Assembly: GCF_006345805.1 (NCBI RefSeq)
Contig: NC_042997.1
Location: 67,022,001 to 67,086,000 of the forward strand
Length of the DNA stretch: 64,000 nt
DNA from: Octopus sinensis
Lineage: Eukaryota
Reading direction: 5' to 3'
Shown here: positions 22,812 through 35,360 of the stretch, in pieces
Layout of the letters: each line of letters begins with the position of its first letter
How positions within the stretch are numbered: position 1 is the stretch's first letter
The notes under the pieces: generated by a model
Told to the model about the DNA's origin: nothing
The model's database searches: none
What the model saw: the letters and a program-made list of their open reading frames with translations, nothing else
Translations under genes and position numbers: made by a program

Positions 22812-25640
22812 TTTCTGTATTGGCCGCACAGAGCTGAATACAAAGGAGACAAATATAATGTAGCGTTTTTCTTTTCGAGGGTGGCGAAAAAATAAAAAAA
22901 ATAAATAAAAATAGGGACAACTATCAAAAGGGATCGAAATCGTTTGGGATATTCAGAAGTCGAAATAGCACTAAAAGAAAATACGTAGTTCCCAAAAGTG
23001 AGGAAGTTAATCCTTGGAAAGGAAACCTACGAAAAGAACACGGAAACCTCGGGCAATAATGTCACACAAATATACTTTTACAGTTAGTAATTCTCTTTTT
23101 CCTTTGTTTTTCTGGTTCATAGGATTATACTCAGGGTGGCTCCGCCATTCGCATGTGCCATCCTTGCTACATTCACCCATCTTTTATTGAAGCATTCGCT
23201 AGACAAAACTTCTCTCTCTACTCTCACCTTCTTTTCAAGTGATACTTGAAGAAATTGATGAGAGATTGACCAGAGATTGATCACCCCCCCCCCATGCCAA
23301 GTTCCTTAACTACCCTGTCAATGATATAGCACATCAGATGGAGGTTGTCATGGATGTTCCGGCCCGGCACAGTGCACGTTTGCACCTTGTTGACCAGTTT
23401 CTCGATGACAAGCGCCAATCTTTTGGCTAACACCATGGCCAAAAATTTCAAATCTGCATTGAGCAGAGTGATGGGCCTAAAGTTATCTATTACGTCCCCC
23501 TTGTTTGGATCTTTCTTTAGCAACATTACAGCACCTCGGCTCACAAAACCGGAGATGCTCCCGTTTTGCTGCCAGTTGCAGTACACCGCTGCCAAGTCGT
23601 CTCCAAACAAGTCTGGCATACAACTGTAAAGATCATCCAAACCCGGCGATTCTGCCATCGCGTCCCTCACGTCCGCCGCCGTGATGGCGCCTTCGCAACA
23701 CTCTGCCTCTCTTACCGAGAGTCGTGGCTGGCTGTGCAGGTAGGCACTGAAGTCCATCCTGCACTCTCGCTCGCCACTCGTCCCGAACAGTCGGACAAAA
23801 TGCCGCTTAAAGGTCTCACACATTTTACTGGGCTCGAGTAATTCGCGTCCCTGTTCATCCACCAGCGACCGAATGGTGGCTCTGTTGCCCTGTTGCGCCT
23901 TCGCCACCCGGGACTCTCACGCGGCTCCAACACCTTCGTTCCTTAGAGCGCGCATCCTAGCTCTGACAACACACCTTTCGTGTTTGGCGAGGGCCAACCT
24001 CGCCGCCAATACGTCGGATGCGATGCCGCTTCTAATCGCCTATTGTAGCTTCTTAACTAGGTCACCCTCTATTCTGTTTCTATCTATCGTTAGCGCTTTG
24101 CTATACCTAATCGCTTCGACTTTTATTCCTCTCTTGAAGGCAAACCACCATTTGTTGATGATGGCTCCCGTCAAAGCCCTCTTTACTAGCGTGCTAATCC
24201 GGTGTCTGAAAACCTGTCACGACGAGAAAGACGCGTTCAGTTTCGAGTAACCGGGACCCTACCTATGTGTCTTACCTAAGTCTAGCGTACATGTCACAAG
24301 TTTGTGATCCGTGTAGCTGACTATGTGGAATTGTGGACATCCTACGCTATCTCTATCTACTGTCCTACACAGTATCCTATCTAGATACGATCTCGACGAC
24401 CCGATGCGGTTGCTCCATGTCCACGTTGGCGCATTCGGGTGGTCGAGTCGGTACCTATCAGACAGTTGAAAGCGTTTGAGTAGGTCTCTGAGGCATTTGC
24501 ATCTCCGTCTATTCCTATCTCTGCCCACGTAGTCTAGATGCGTGTCCAAGGTAGCATTCCAATCCCCCACTAAAAGTAAAGGATGAGACGTTCCTAGGAA
24601 TACATCTAGACGTCGAAAGAAGACCTGTTAAAGGCGGTGCGTAGACTGATACGAGTCGAAAAACACACCAATTGCTGTTATCGACATCTAGGACAACCAG
24701 TCTACCCTCCGGGTCTACGAATATTGTCTTTACTTCGAGAACCAGACTCTCGCGAAAATGTACCGCCGTGCCACTACCGTCCATCCTCGGCAGACAGAGA
24801 GGAAAATAAAAGTTAAACTGTCTACCGAACATGGACTTTAGGGCCGGTGGGTTATGGAGTCTAGTCTCACAGCTATAATTTCTAACTCGAGTGACTTTAT
24901 GTCATTTAAGAGGTACCTTTGTTTCCAAGGGGATCGCCAAGCCACGCGCATTCACACAAGCAATCCTAATCATAATCCTAATGAAGGTGTATGTTTTAAA
25001 ACACAAGCGAAAGGAAACGAGAGTTACTTACCGTTCGAAATTTTTATCTCCTCCTTGATTTTTCATCAAGGAGTTTGTTGTAGAGTTTTTTAAACGAGCA
25101 TTTTTGATATCCTCCTACCGCATTAGGATAGAGGGATTTTAGTGTGTGGTGCAAGGTCGGTGTGATGTGCTGTACTTTGATGTGTTCTGGTGGTGTTGTG
25201 TGTGGGTGATTGCTTGTTTTGATGTCATCTTGGATTAAGTTTGTTTTTGAGTTGATGTATTCCATCAACTCTGTGTTTGTTGTGTTTATGACAGTGAGCA
25301 TTGTTGCTGTATATTTTTGTGGTGTTGTTACTGTTTGTGTTAGAGTTCGAAATGTTTTTTCGGGAGTTGCGTATCGTTCTGCTTTGTTTGCTTTTGTTCT
25401 TTTCTTGCTCCTCTTCCTTTTCTGCCATTCTTCACTGCTTTCGTCTTCCGACGAAATTTCTGAGGAATCGGAAGGGGGCTAAGGGCATATTGTAAGCGTC
25501 TATGTATATTTGTGTAAGTAGTTGCGTTGTTATTTTCGTTGATGCTGGTTGTTGATTGTTTGTGCGTGGTGTATGTGATATAGGGGAAGGGAATCAGTTT
25601 TAGTGTCTTCTTTTGGTTTTTCTGTACCTTTAGATCTTCC
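22812..25640 (-). mobile_element. Tx1/L1-clade LINE, copy 2 (probable ORF1 remnant, ORF2 start, large RT deletion, 3' UTR running into (TATC)n)
   Basis: ORF2 start MIRIACVNARGL at 24973 (-); APE motifs GDWN, SRSYLDRIL, TDH; RT N-part FRPITLLNADLK...VPGRNIHDN fused at about 23280 to the C-terminus (LINFFKYHLKRKVRVE). The ORF1 assignment for 25030-25640 is positional only. Confidence 0.88.
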
Positions 25641-25649
25641 TGTTGGTCT

Positions 25650-25800
25650 GCTTACGTCCCAGTTACTTAGCGGTTCGGCAAAGTGACCGATTGAATAAGT
25701 ACTAGGTTTATAAAGAATAAGTCCTGGGGTCCATGTGTTCGACTAAAGGCGGTGCTCCAGCATGGCTACAGTCAAATGACTGAAACAAATAAAAGAATAA
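25650..25800 (+). mobile_element. CORE-like SINE, 3' half
   Basis: cttagcggttcggcaaa...ggcggtgctccagcatggctacagtcaaatgactgaaacaaataaaaga. Confidence 0.8.
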
Positions 25801-25929
25801 AAAAAAATGTATATATATATATATATATATATAAAGTTAATCCAAACAAGAAAACAAAAAGACAACAACGCAAGGATGTGGAACAAATAAAGTATTATTG
25901 GACGCTCAGGAAAGAAGGGAAGAAGGAGG

Positions 25930-25964
25930 GTTTGACATTTCGAGCGGAGCTCTTCGTCGGAAAT
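25930..25964 (-). ncRNA. Minimal hammerhead motif, second copy of the 12164 family (GUC site)
   Basis: Minus strand: AUUU-CCGACGA-A-GAGCUCCGCUC-GAAA-UGUC-AAAC. Confidence 0.55.
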
Positions 25965-26537
25965 ATAGGAGAAAGAAAGATACCGAGACGGGAGGACAGA
26001 GTAAAAAAAATTGCAGGTGGTATTCACGAGGTCACATACTAAAAAGACGGAAGTGGTAAAAATGGAGGAAAATGTTTTTAAAAACAAGAGAGCTATATCA
26101 AAGAAGGAATGGTAAAAAAGGTGTGCGAGATGACAAGTGTGTGTGTGTGAGTGTGTGCGTGTGTGTGTGTGTGTGGTGGACAATGGCTAGTAGCAGGCAA
26201 TACGATATAGTGCATATTTATACACATAAGGAATCCACTTTACGTGAAATTCAACACATTAGAAAGAACAGCTTGGTTCTGTAAACCACAAAAACAACGG
26301 ATAAAATTCGACAGGAATAAATTTGGAAATGAAAGACATTTACCATCTAGTACCCCGGACCAATTGGTTTCTGATCTTTTAGCAAGTCAGGGGGAACTCG
26401 CAAGGTCTGATCTTCTTCAGCAAGGTCCAACCTAGGGTGAAACATATTCAACAGGAGACAAACACTATATAATGATTAAACATTATATATGTATATATAT
26501 ATGTATATATGTATATATGCATATATATATATATATA

Positions 26538-26638
<101 letters not shown>

Positions 26639-27369
26639 ATATATATATGTTAGTTAGTTAGTTAGTTAATTTGGCTCAAAAGCAAATATATATATATTTA
26701 TATGCGTGTTTGTGTGTGTGTATAGAAGGTTGAAAAGTTACACGAGTTGATATGTATAAGAAAAATAAGATAAAGTAGAAAATGTTAAAATAATTTTATC
26801 ATGAAGAACATTTTAGTACCGGTTTCAGTCTTTTCGACTTTTTCAACTTAGAATAAAGTAAGAAAAACAATTAAGTTGTGGAAAAAACTAAATGCAAAGT
26901 TTTTAAAAAATATTTCCATAGGCAGTATATTTTCCTTTTTTTTGTCTCTCATTCTTTTATTTTTGTGTAGGTAGTATCAGATCTGAAGAAAAAGCTAGTG
27001 AGGAATATTGCTTCTGGATTTTGATTGTTTAACCCTTGGTCTACCAGAGAAAATGTATGTCACTAATTATCAACTGGGTCCAATGGACCCCAATTTTTTC
27101 TTTTAATTAAATTTTATTCAAACTACCACTGTTTCTTAGCTACATTATACACGCTGTCAGGTGAATGAAGTATTACTGTCTCTCACAAATTAAATTAAAA
27201 AAATACAGCTTACAGAATATATTATTAATTATAAAAATTACAAAAATACAGAATTACAGCTCTTCATGGCAGTGAATGCTGAAAGCATTGGAATGTTCTT
27301 GGCAAACGTGGATGTTACAATTCTTACATGTATTACGAGTTTTCCTGTCTTTTTTTTGGGTGGGGGCAG

Positions 27370-27492
27370 GGGTCACACAAACTTAGCGTGCATGTACAGC
27401 ATAGATCAAGGTCAATTTGTGCCGAGCCGCTTCACTCTGCGCCCTTTAGCTTCGTTACTATGGCAACAGTCCGGATACTTATTGATCAGACC
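27370..27492. mobile_element. Solo terminal fragment of the same mariner family as 14671-15568
   Basis: gatcaaggtcaatttgtgccgagccgcttcactctgcg...gcttcgttactatggcaacagtccggatacttattgatcagacc followed by (AT)n. Confidence 0.8.
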
Positions 27493-27811
27493 ATATATAT
27501 ATATATATATATATACACACAAATTGTTAATACACAAATGTTTTTAATTGCAAAGCAATTAACTTTTTTATTGAATTAAACGGGTGAAGGTAAAGAAATA
27601 TTTTACTATTAATTTATAATACAAATAAGAAAATGGAGAAACAATTTAGTTTGTTCATCAGCTTTCGGATATTAGAATATTGAATTATTTATTCATTTAA
27701 CAAAAATGAGAACCTTAATAGCATACATATATACATTATAATTCAATACATAGAAGATAAGAATACAATTATAAAAATCATAATGTAAATTATTGAAACC
27801 ATTAAAATCGC

Positions 27812-27942
27812 TCTTTACAGCTGTTTCAGCCTATGGATAAAAGTAGCTTTTTTTTTACTTGCCTATAGTTGTCAATTATATTGAGGTTGTAGGTAATTAA
27901 AAATAGGGTACTTATATATATAACCATAGGCCTCGTCAGAGA
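27812..27942 (-). ncRNA. Type-I hammerhead ribozyme motif with 9-bp helix II and a large AU-rich loop
   Basis: Minus strand: UCU-CUGACGA-GGCCUAUGG-(loop of about 85 nt)-CCAUAGGCU-GAAA-CAGCUG-UA-AAGAG. Confidence 0.7.
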
Positions 27943-29252
27943 TTATAAAGAACTTTAAAAATATTAATACAGGAAACATGATACACGTATAATTTAATAT
28001 ATATATATAAATATGAACAAATATCCATATAGACTTACACATATACATATATACATACATAAGCAGAGTATATATACTTTTACATGTGTATAAATACATA
28101 AATAAACACAATTAAACAATAGGTCAAAGTAAATAGACTATTTGTCATAACCCATACGCATGGACTTGTATGTATTAAGAAGAACTATTTTTAGCCTGAG
28201 TTTTCTGGCGAGGGCTTTATTTGCCTTCATTGCCTGCTATTTCAGTAGAAATCTACGGATGCACAAACGCACAAAACAGAGAAAATGTAACAAATATGGA
28301 TGACTTGTTCCGAAACACTCCCGAGTGGGGAACAATTCTCAAAAATAACCCCAAATTGTTTCCTCCAAAAATCCCTGTATGTTCGGAATCTACAGAGTCC
28401 GAGGTATATTTGTAGACAATAAATATCTATTTTCCTGAAAGTTAAGCGAATTGAAGAGGACAACTGTAATGATGTATACATATGTGTGTGTGTGTAAATA
28501 GCTGGTTACTTAGTTACTATGTTGACATTGACAAAACAGTTGAGTGAAAGTGTTAAGTCGATTTGCGCCAAGAATAATCACATGGGATTTAAATATGAAA
28601 TATCAAGTTTTAATAAGGCGACTTGTTCCAAAGATGTCTGAAATATGTATTGGAAAATCAATGTACGATATACAGTACTTCATTCAATTGAGAAAAAGTC
28701 GCCTATCTCCGCATGAAATTTCTTTCTGACATGAAAGTACTTTTAGAAATTCTTTTTTATTAGAAATCGTCAAAACTGTAATAATGTATGCATACATGTG
28801 TGTGTAAATAGCTAGTTAGGATGCCAAAGACAAGAAGTTCAAACACAGGAATTTGAGAAAACGATTTGAAGAAGTGAGTCTTTATATAGAGAGCAATATT
28901 ATTTATTTTTAATAAAAAAAATATGATAAATCAAGACTGTATTATTCTTTCCAAGGTCAAATTATTCATGTACCCCAAGTATGGTACAGATTGATCCAGA
29001 GGTTTGAGCGTCATTGAGAACGCACACACAAAGACAGGATTATTTTATATATTAAGATTTGTTACTTTTTAGCTTCAGGCAGAAAACAAATTAGAATACA
29101 TTACAAACGATATTTGCAAATATGTTATCGGTTACGAAAATATGTCACCTCGGGAAGTCATAAAAATTAGTGGAACATTTTGTAAAAACTGTTTTCCAAA
29201 AGAAAGATGTAAAATCAAAAGTATATTTTAGAATCGATATGTTTGTATATCT

Positions 29253-29283
<31 letters not shown>

Positions 29284-29514
29284 TTATTTTGCGATATGTG
29301 CTGTAAAGTTCAGCTTGTAAGAATTTCTTGGTAGCTTCGATATAAGAATTATGAAGAAAATAAAAGTAAATGACTAACATTACTGGATCTACTAAAGATT
29401 CTAAACAAGCTCTTAAAGCAATTAATCCAAAATATTGGTAATTCACGAGGTTATATTTATTTGTATTAATTCACACAAGTGAGAATCGTGTACTGTTGAT
29501 TATATGCATGTTAT

Positions 29515-29615
29515 TATTCAGTTTTATTTCAAAATTTCTTGCCAGTAGAAAAGGAGCCGGTTTCTAACGTAGACCTAAGGCTCCTTCACTGGAATTTCAG
29601 CATCAACAACAAGCT
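29515..29615 (-). mobile_element. Roughly 100-bp interspersed repeat inside (TATG)n; second copy at 39500-39605 (+)
   Basis: Shared gttgatg(c/t)tgaaattcca...gttagaaac...tggcaagaaat(c/t)ttgaa(a)taaaactgaataat. Confidence 0.7.
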
Positions 29616-29690
29616 ATGCATGTATGCATGTATGTATGTGCGTATGTATGTATGTATATATGTATGCATGCATGCATGTATGTATGTATG

Positions 29691-29722
<32 letters not shown>

Positions 29723-31761
29723 CGTGCAAATTTGTATGTTTTGTTTTATGTATGTCTTCTCATAAATATTCTTGCATATCTAGACACGCTCATATATAAT
29801 TAAATGATAAATTTCTGGAAAGTTTTACAGATTTTTACAGTTCCGGTGATGGCTTGGATCTGTAGTCTTTGAATCAGTTTTCCCCTTTCTGGTTTTGTAA
29901 AGCCTAATTTCTCAAGATTGGTATTTATGTATTATGTTACATATGTATGTATGTGTGAATGTATAGACGAATGGATGGATGGATGGATGGCTGGCTGACA
30001 GTGTTTAAGGAACGTTACCAGGACACTTGGAAAGCAGAACTCAAGAAAAGAAGTCCGAAAGTCAAGATATTTAATCACTTATATGACAAACGAGATCACA
30101 GTCTTGGATTATACATATATAAAGTGTGTGTGTGTGTATGTATGTATGTATCTATATATGTATGTATGCATGTATGTATGTATGTATGTATGTATGTATG
30201 TATGTATGTATGCATGCATGCATGCATGCATGCATGTATGTATGTATGTATGTATGTATGTATGTATGTATGTATGTATGTATGTATGCATGCATGCATG
30301 TATGTATGTATGTATGAATATATGTATGCATGTGTAAGTGTATGCATGTATACATGTATGTAAGTAGATATATATGCATGCATGTGTGTATATATCTATG
30401 TATATGTATGGTGATGGTGCGTGGCTTAGTGACTAGAGTGGTCTCTTCCTAATGTATTTACTCACCATGATGTTAAAGAGAAATTATTGAAAATTAGTCA
30501 TTACTTATTCAGCCCTACTTTAGGCATTATTATTTGAAAATTGAAAAATATCAAATTAGACATTAGAGTGGGGAAAAATTGACTTGGAATCCAACAGAGA
30601 AAAGAATTTTGATTGTTAAACATCAAAAATTATCCAGATGGTTTATTAGAAACCTCTATTACATCCGGGTCAAATTTGAAGAAAAATGTCTTGAAACCAA
30701 AGTAGCTGTCAGCTGACTATATCTCAAACTCTCTGGATTTCAACAACTATGCTGAGCAATTTTTACTCCCGAAGATGATGCAACAATGCAAAATGAAGAT
30801 GCAATTCTTGCAATACAACAGTTTCAAATAAACAAGAAGAAACTATTAAAAAATCAGAAATTACTCATTTTGGCCCACTTACACAATTCCCCCTATATAA
30901 ACCATAAAAAAGTCAGGAGGTATGAGAAGTGAATACGTTTATTTCACCACCTGTCATACGAAGGACATTATTACTCGTAAACCATACTAAGACCTCCAAG
31001 TTGTAGTTTCTGAAACCCTGAAGCTTACCCACTTGATCAGACGTGTTTGAGAAACGCAGTTGTGCATGAAACCAAAGTTACAGACAACGTAACTGAGAAG
31101 ATGAACTTCATCGATTTTTGCGAAGGCAATTTTAAAAGCCATTATGCAAACTACCTGTCTTCTTTCCGACGCTGACAAAAAGAAGGCCACTAAATTGGCG
31201 TTAGGGATCTGAAGACCAAGTGCTCACCACATACAATCAAGTGGGGAATCGTAGAGAAATCTACGCCATGTATAAATGGATAAAATGGATAAAACAGATG
31301 CAAGTTATGCGTAGCTGAAAGATCGCACATTCTTTTTAGGTTCAAGAATTACACCACACTATTTAATTCTAGATCTGAAATTTTTAGCAAATGCAAGGAC
31401 ATGGACAGGTTTCTTTTGTCGAACTGGAGGGCATCATCCGCTCCAGATTGAGTAGCTATCTCACAGACTTTGGCTTCCTTTCTGTTATATTAATTTGTAC
31501 CAGTTACATTAATTATGGTTTCTACAATCAAAGAGAACGGTTTTCTTATATTCTTTCTTCCTTCTCGTTCCAGTTTTCGCATCGACCTTCCAAGCATTCT
31601 TTTCTCGTGTGTTCTTATAGACCAGAGTCCTGCTTTTTTAAAATATTTCTAACGTTATGAACTGAGCATGAAAGACTGCTTGGAGATACATGGATATTAT
31701 ATGAATCTGCCAATTTACTGAATCTGAAAGCACGAAACTATTAGTAGCTCTTTTGTAATCA

Positions 31762-31865
<104 letters not shown>

Positions 31866-32386
31866 AATTTATAAATAAGGATAATATCGATATTTAAATA
31901 TCGATATTATCAAGTGGCCAGCATGGAAAAAATACCATACAAAGGTAATAATTTTTTACAACTAAAAATAAGGGTGTCTGAGAGACACCACCATGCCGAA
32001 ATAGCAGTCAAATCCCTGACTCTAAAAACCACGTTAAATGTTCATATCGTACCATGAGATAAGACAGAGGGACAAAATAGACTAGCAAAAAATATTATTG
32101 AATAATTCAAGATCCAGGATTTCTAGCTTTGCTTTAAATAAGCTTTGCCGTCATCGGTTGAATGTGTCTAAGTACATAAATACAGACATATATATGCAGA
32201 ACAAACGTTATACTTACATATACGAACGTCCATACATACATATATATGCACGTATGTACAAGGCCAGTTAAATTGCCCGCCAAACACCTCATAAGCACGA
32301 TATGGTCAAAATAAATACCGTAGTGAATATAGTGACGAATTATATAAATTTATAAATAAGGATAATATCGATATTTAAATATTAGT

Positions 32387-32457
<71 letters not shown>

Positions 32458-32470
32458 TATATATATATAT

Positions 32471-32504
<34 letters not shown>

Positions 32505-32642
32505 GCATATATATATATATATATGAAACATAAAACGTTTTGGATAGTGTATATATAATATATTGATAATGATGATAAAGTTAACCACAAGAATTAAAAG
32601 AATCAACAGTTCCTTAGTTTATTTGTATACAAGTACAAAAAG

Positions 32643-32682
<40 letters not shown>

Positions 32683-32687
<5 letters not shown>

Positions 32688-32972
32688 TGAAAATGAACTG
32701 GGATTTGTTTAGGTCTTTTTATTTAGAAATTTTAAAGACCTAACTCGTTTCAAAGATTTTTCTGATTTTCAATAGTTGAGATAACAGGCTGAGATAACTG
32801 ACTTGCTTCCGCAAGATAGTTGCAATATAGCAGCGGAAAGACAGTTGCAGCATTGCCCAACGCCTTTTATCTCAACTTTTGAAAATCAAAGAGATCTGTG
32901 AAACCTGTTAAGTCTTTAAAAAATTTTTAAATATAAAAAAATCTAAACGAATCCCAGGGCATTTTCAACTTT
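32683..32972. repeat. Imperfect palindromic element (arms of about 110 bp) next to (TA)n
   Basis: aaagttgaaaatgaactgggattt / aatcccagggcattttcaacttt; inner ttttcaatagttgagataa / ttatctcaacttttgaaaa. Confidence 0.7.
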
Positions 32973-32998
32973 TTTATACATACACACGCGCACACTTA

Positions 32999-33053
<55 letters not shown>

Positions 33054-33149
33054 ACACACACATACACACACAAAGTTTCTGGACGCTGCTGTCTTATGAA
33101 GTTCCCTATATTGTCATTAAAGGCATGAAGTGGGAGTAATAAACAGTCC

Positions 33150-33410
33150 GATAGCCGATGAAGAGTTCTTTTGGTATTTTGTTCTCGTGTGTTTACGTAT
33201 TTTTCACTCGTTGGAGATATCCTGTACACACTGTCTATTTTTCATTATATATATATATTGTTGTATTATTTGGGGATGGTCACGTTGCCAATTTGACCAA
33301 TGAAAATACATGCTCTATATATTTGATGTTCACCTGTTTTAGCTTTAATCGTATTTCGGCCCAGAGTTCTTTCGTGACCATCCCCAAAAAACAACAATAT
33401 CTTTTTCACA
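33150..33410. mobile_element. Penelope-like pLTR family; related segments at about 54445-54555 and 55175-55295 in opposite orientations
   Basis: Shared gatggtca(c/t)gttgcca(a/g)ttt(g/a)(a/g)ccaatgaaaa and gaaagaactctg(g)gccgaaatac. The PLE assignment is by analogy only. Confidence 0.4.
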
Positions 33411-33455
33411 ACACACGAATTTACATCAAGAATCTTGCAAAACAAATATATAAAC

Positions 33456-33495
<40 letters not shown>

Positions 33496-33513
33496 ATATA
33501 ATATATATATATA

Positions 33514-33907
33514 TATATTGTATAGAGGGCATTATTACACATAAATGCCTCACACTAGGGAGGACAAAGTCATTACTACCAAATTATACTAATCATACCC
33601 AAATGCAGTTTTTCAAAGCAAGACATTTAAAAACATTCCATGTGCTTGGCCGGAGTGAGCAGTTGTCTGTTCGTCTTCGCTACGTAAGGTTGGTAGTTTA
33701 TTTATGATGTGTTCAGAATCAGTTCTGCTGAGGATCATTAGACGTAAGTTGAATGTGAAATCACGGTGATACAGAACTAAATTCATTTTTTTAAATGTCT
33801 TGCTTTGAAAACTGCATTTGGGTATGATTAGTATAATTTTGGTAGTAATGACTTTGTCCCTCCTAGTGTGAGGCATTTATGTGTAATAATGCCCTCTATA
33901 CAATATA
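33514..33907. mobile_element. MITE with TIRs of about 120 bp
   Basis: tattgtatagagggcattattacacataaatgcctcacactaggg... is mirrored at about 33787-33907; spacer of about 150 bp. Confidence 0.85.
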
Positions 33908-34032
33908 GATATAATTAATTTGTTCAAAAGAAAAAAATTATTTTCGAATTCTTTTTTTTGAGGTTTTCACGCTAGCTACCCGATAATTTCTTGTTAAGAT
34001 CCCTTATTAGAGATTATCCTTAATTGTTAAAC

Positions 34033-34074
<42 letters not shown>

Positions 34075-34409
34075 TGTGTGTGTGTATTTATACCGAATGG
34101 GAAATGGAATAATTATGTACATCTCCAGCTTTCTTAGACATGTCGGTAGTTCGTTTTTAACGACCATAAATGCTCAAGACTCTAGGTATATAATTTACTG
34201 TTTATTAGTTTAGCTATTAAGTTTGTTGATAAGAAAAACCTTTAAAGTAATGTATAATGTCGAAATAAGCTCATCAAGAAATAAACATTTACTGGTTAGC
34301 GTTAGATATATGCATATGAGTCAGCATTATCAGATATTTCAGCGTACATATTAATGAACTGTCGGGACACTGTATTATCTTAAGCCACCATAACATACTA
34401 CAAAAATAT

Positions 34410-34760
34410 TTGTAGTGATCCTATACAACAGCGCGCGCGCGCAACGCCCTCTCGCGCATACGCGAATACCGGAAGAAGGGACTTTTGCTGACGTGGCCTT
34501 AGCTTATTTAGGCGAAGGGAGCGCGAGCCTTAACAAAGAGGCAAGGGAGCGTAAAACGTTGACCACTAGCGTCCAGCAGACAGCGGAAGGCTTTTCATAG
34601 AAGCAGACGTTTAATTCGCTCTCTCTCCGGTTTTGATAGCAGCAGTCTTTTAGCCGAAGACTTTTAACCTGAATTGTTGCAGACAACATCATCTTCTTCC
34701 TCCGGACGCCATTTTTGACCCGTTCTGTTTTTAGCGGCTGAACATTGTAAAATCTTACAA
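34410..34760. promoter_or_regulatory. CpG-rich promoter-like island
   Basis: Non-repetitive, locally GC/CpG-rich; NRF1-like cgcgcatacgcg, ETS accggaag, CRE-like tgacgtgg and YY1-like cgccatttt. Confidence 0.35.
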
Positions 34761-34972
34761 GCGATTAACTTTCAGCCTTGCACGCCCAGAACCAAGGGAC
34801 ATCAGATATACCACTTATTTCTCACCGTTACAAGACAATAAAGTATATATATTTTTTACGTCTGCGTTTTTGTGTTTCTTTGACTGGTAGAATTTGGATA
34901 AGTAAAGCAACGGTAATTTGTATGCACCACATGCACTCTAAAAGTGCACGAAGCTACGCAACTGCCGTTACA

Positions 34973-35360
34973 TATTAGTCGTTTTTATAAGCCAACACTG
35001 TGTTATAAGCCAACACCGCGTTAGCTCTATGGAAATTGTAGCCAGCATTGATTTTGTTACGAAGTTTCGTATCCGAGACACCTAATGTAAACAACAATAA
35101 GATCGAAGATGAAAATTCGGCATTGAATGTATATGACATATTTCAGGAATATTTTCTCCTTCATCAGTACCCATCCAACCCATTAATTATCCACGGACTC
35201 ATTGCTTAAAGGGCCACTAAATATAGCGGTGTAACGCTATTGGATATACCATTTTTACATATTAAACACATTAATTGCAGTATTCGTTTTGAGGTATATA
35301 ATAAATACATTTTCCTGACTTTTAACACTGTAGTCTTATAAGCCATAAAAATATACTATT
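34973..35360. mobile_element. pogo/Tigger-like MITE remnant
   Basis: Left end tagtcgtttttataagccaacac..ttataagccaacac; right end gtcttataagccataaaaatatacta. Resembles pogo-type subterminal ttataag motifs. Confidence 0.35.

Noticed and set aside
27029-27595. piggyBac-like element starting TTAA-CCCTT
   Set aside because: No convincing matching right TIR or TTAA.
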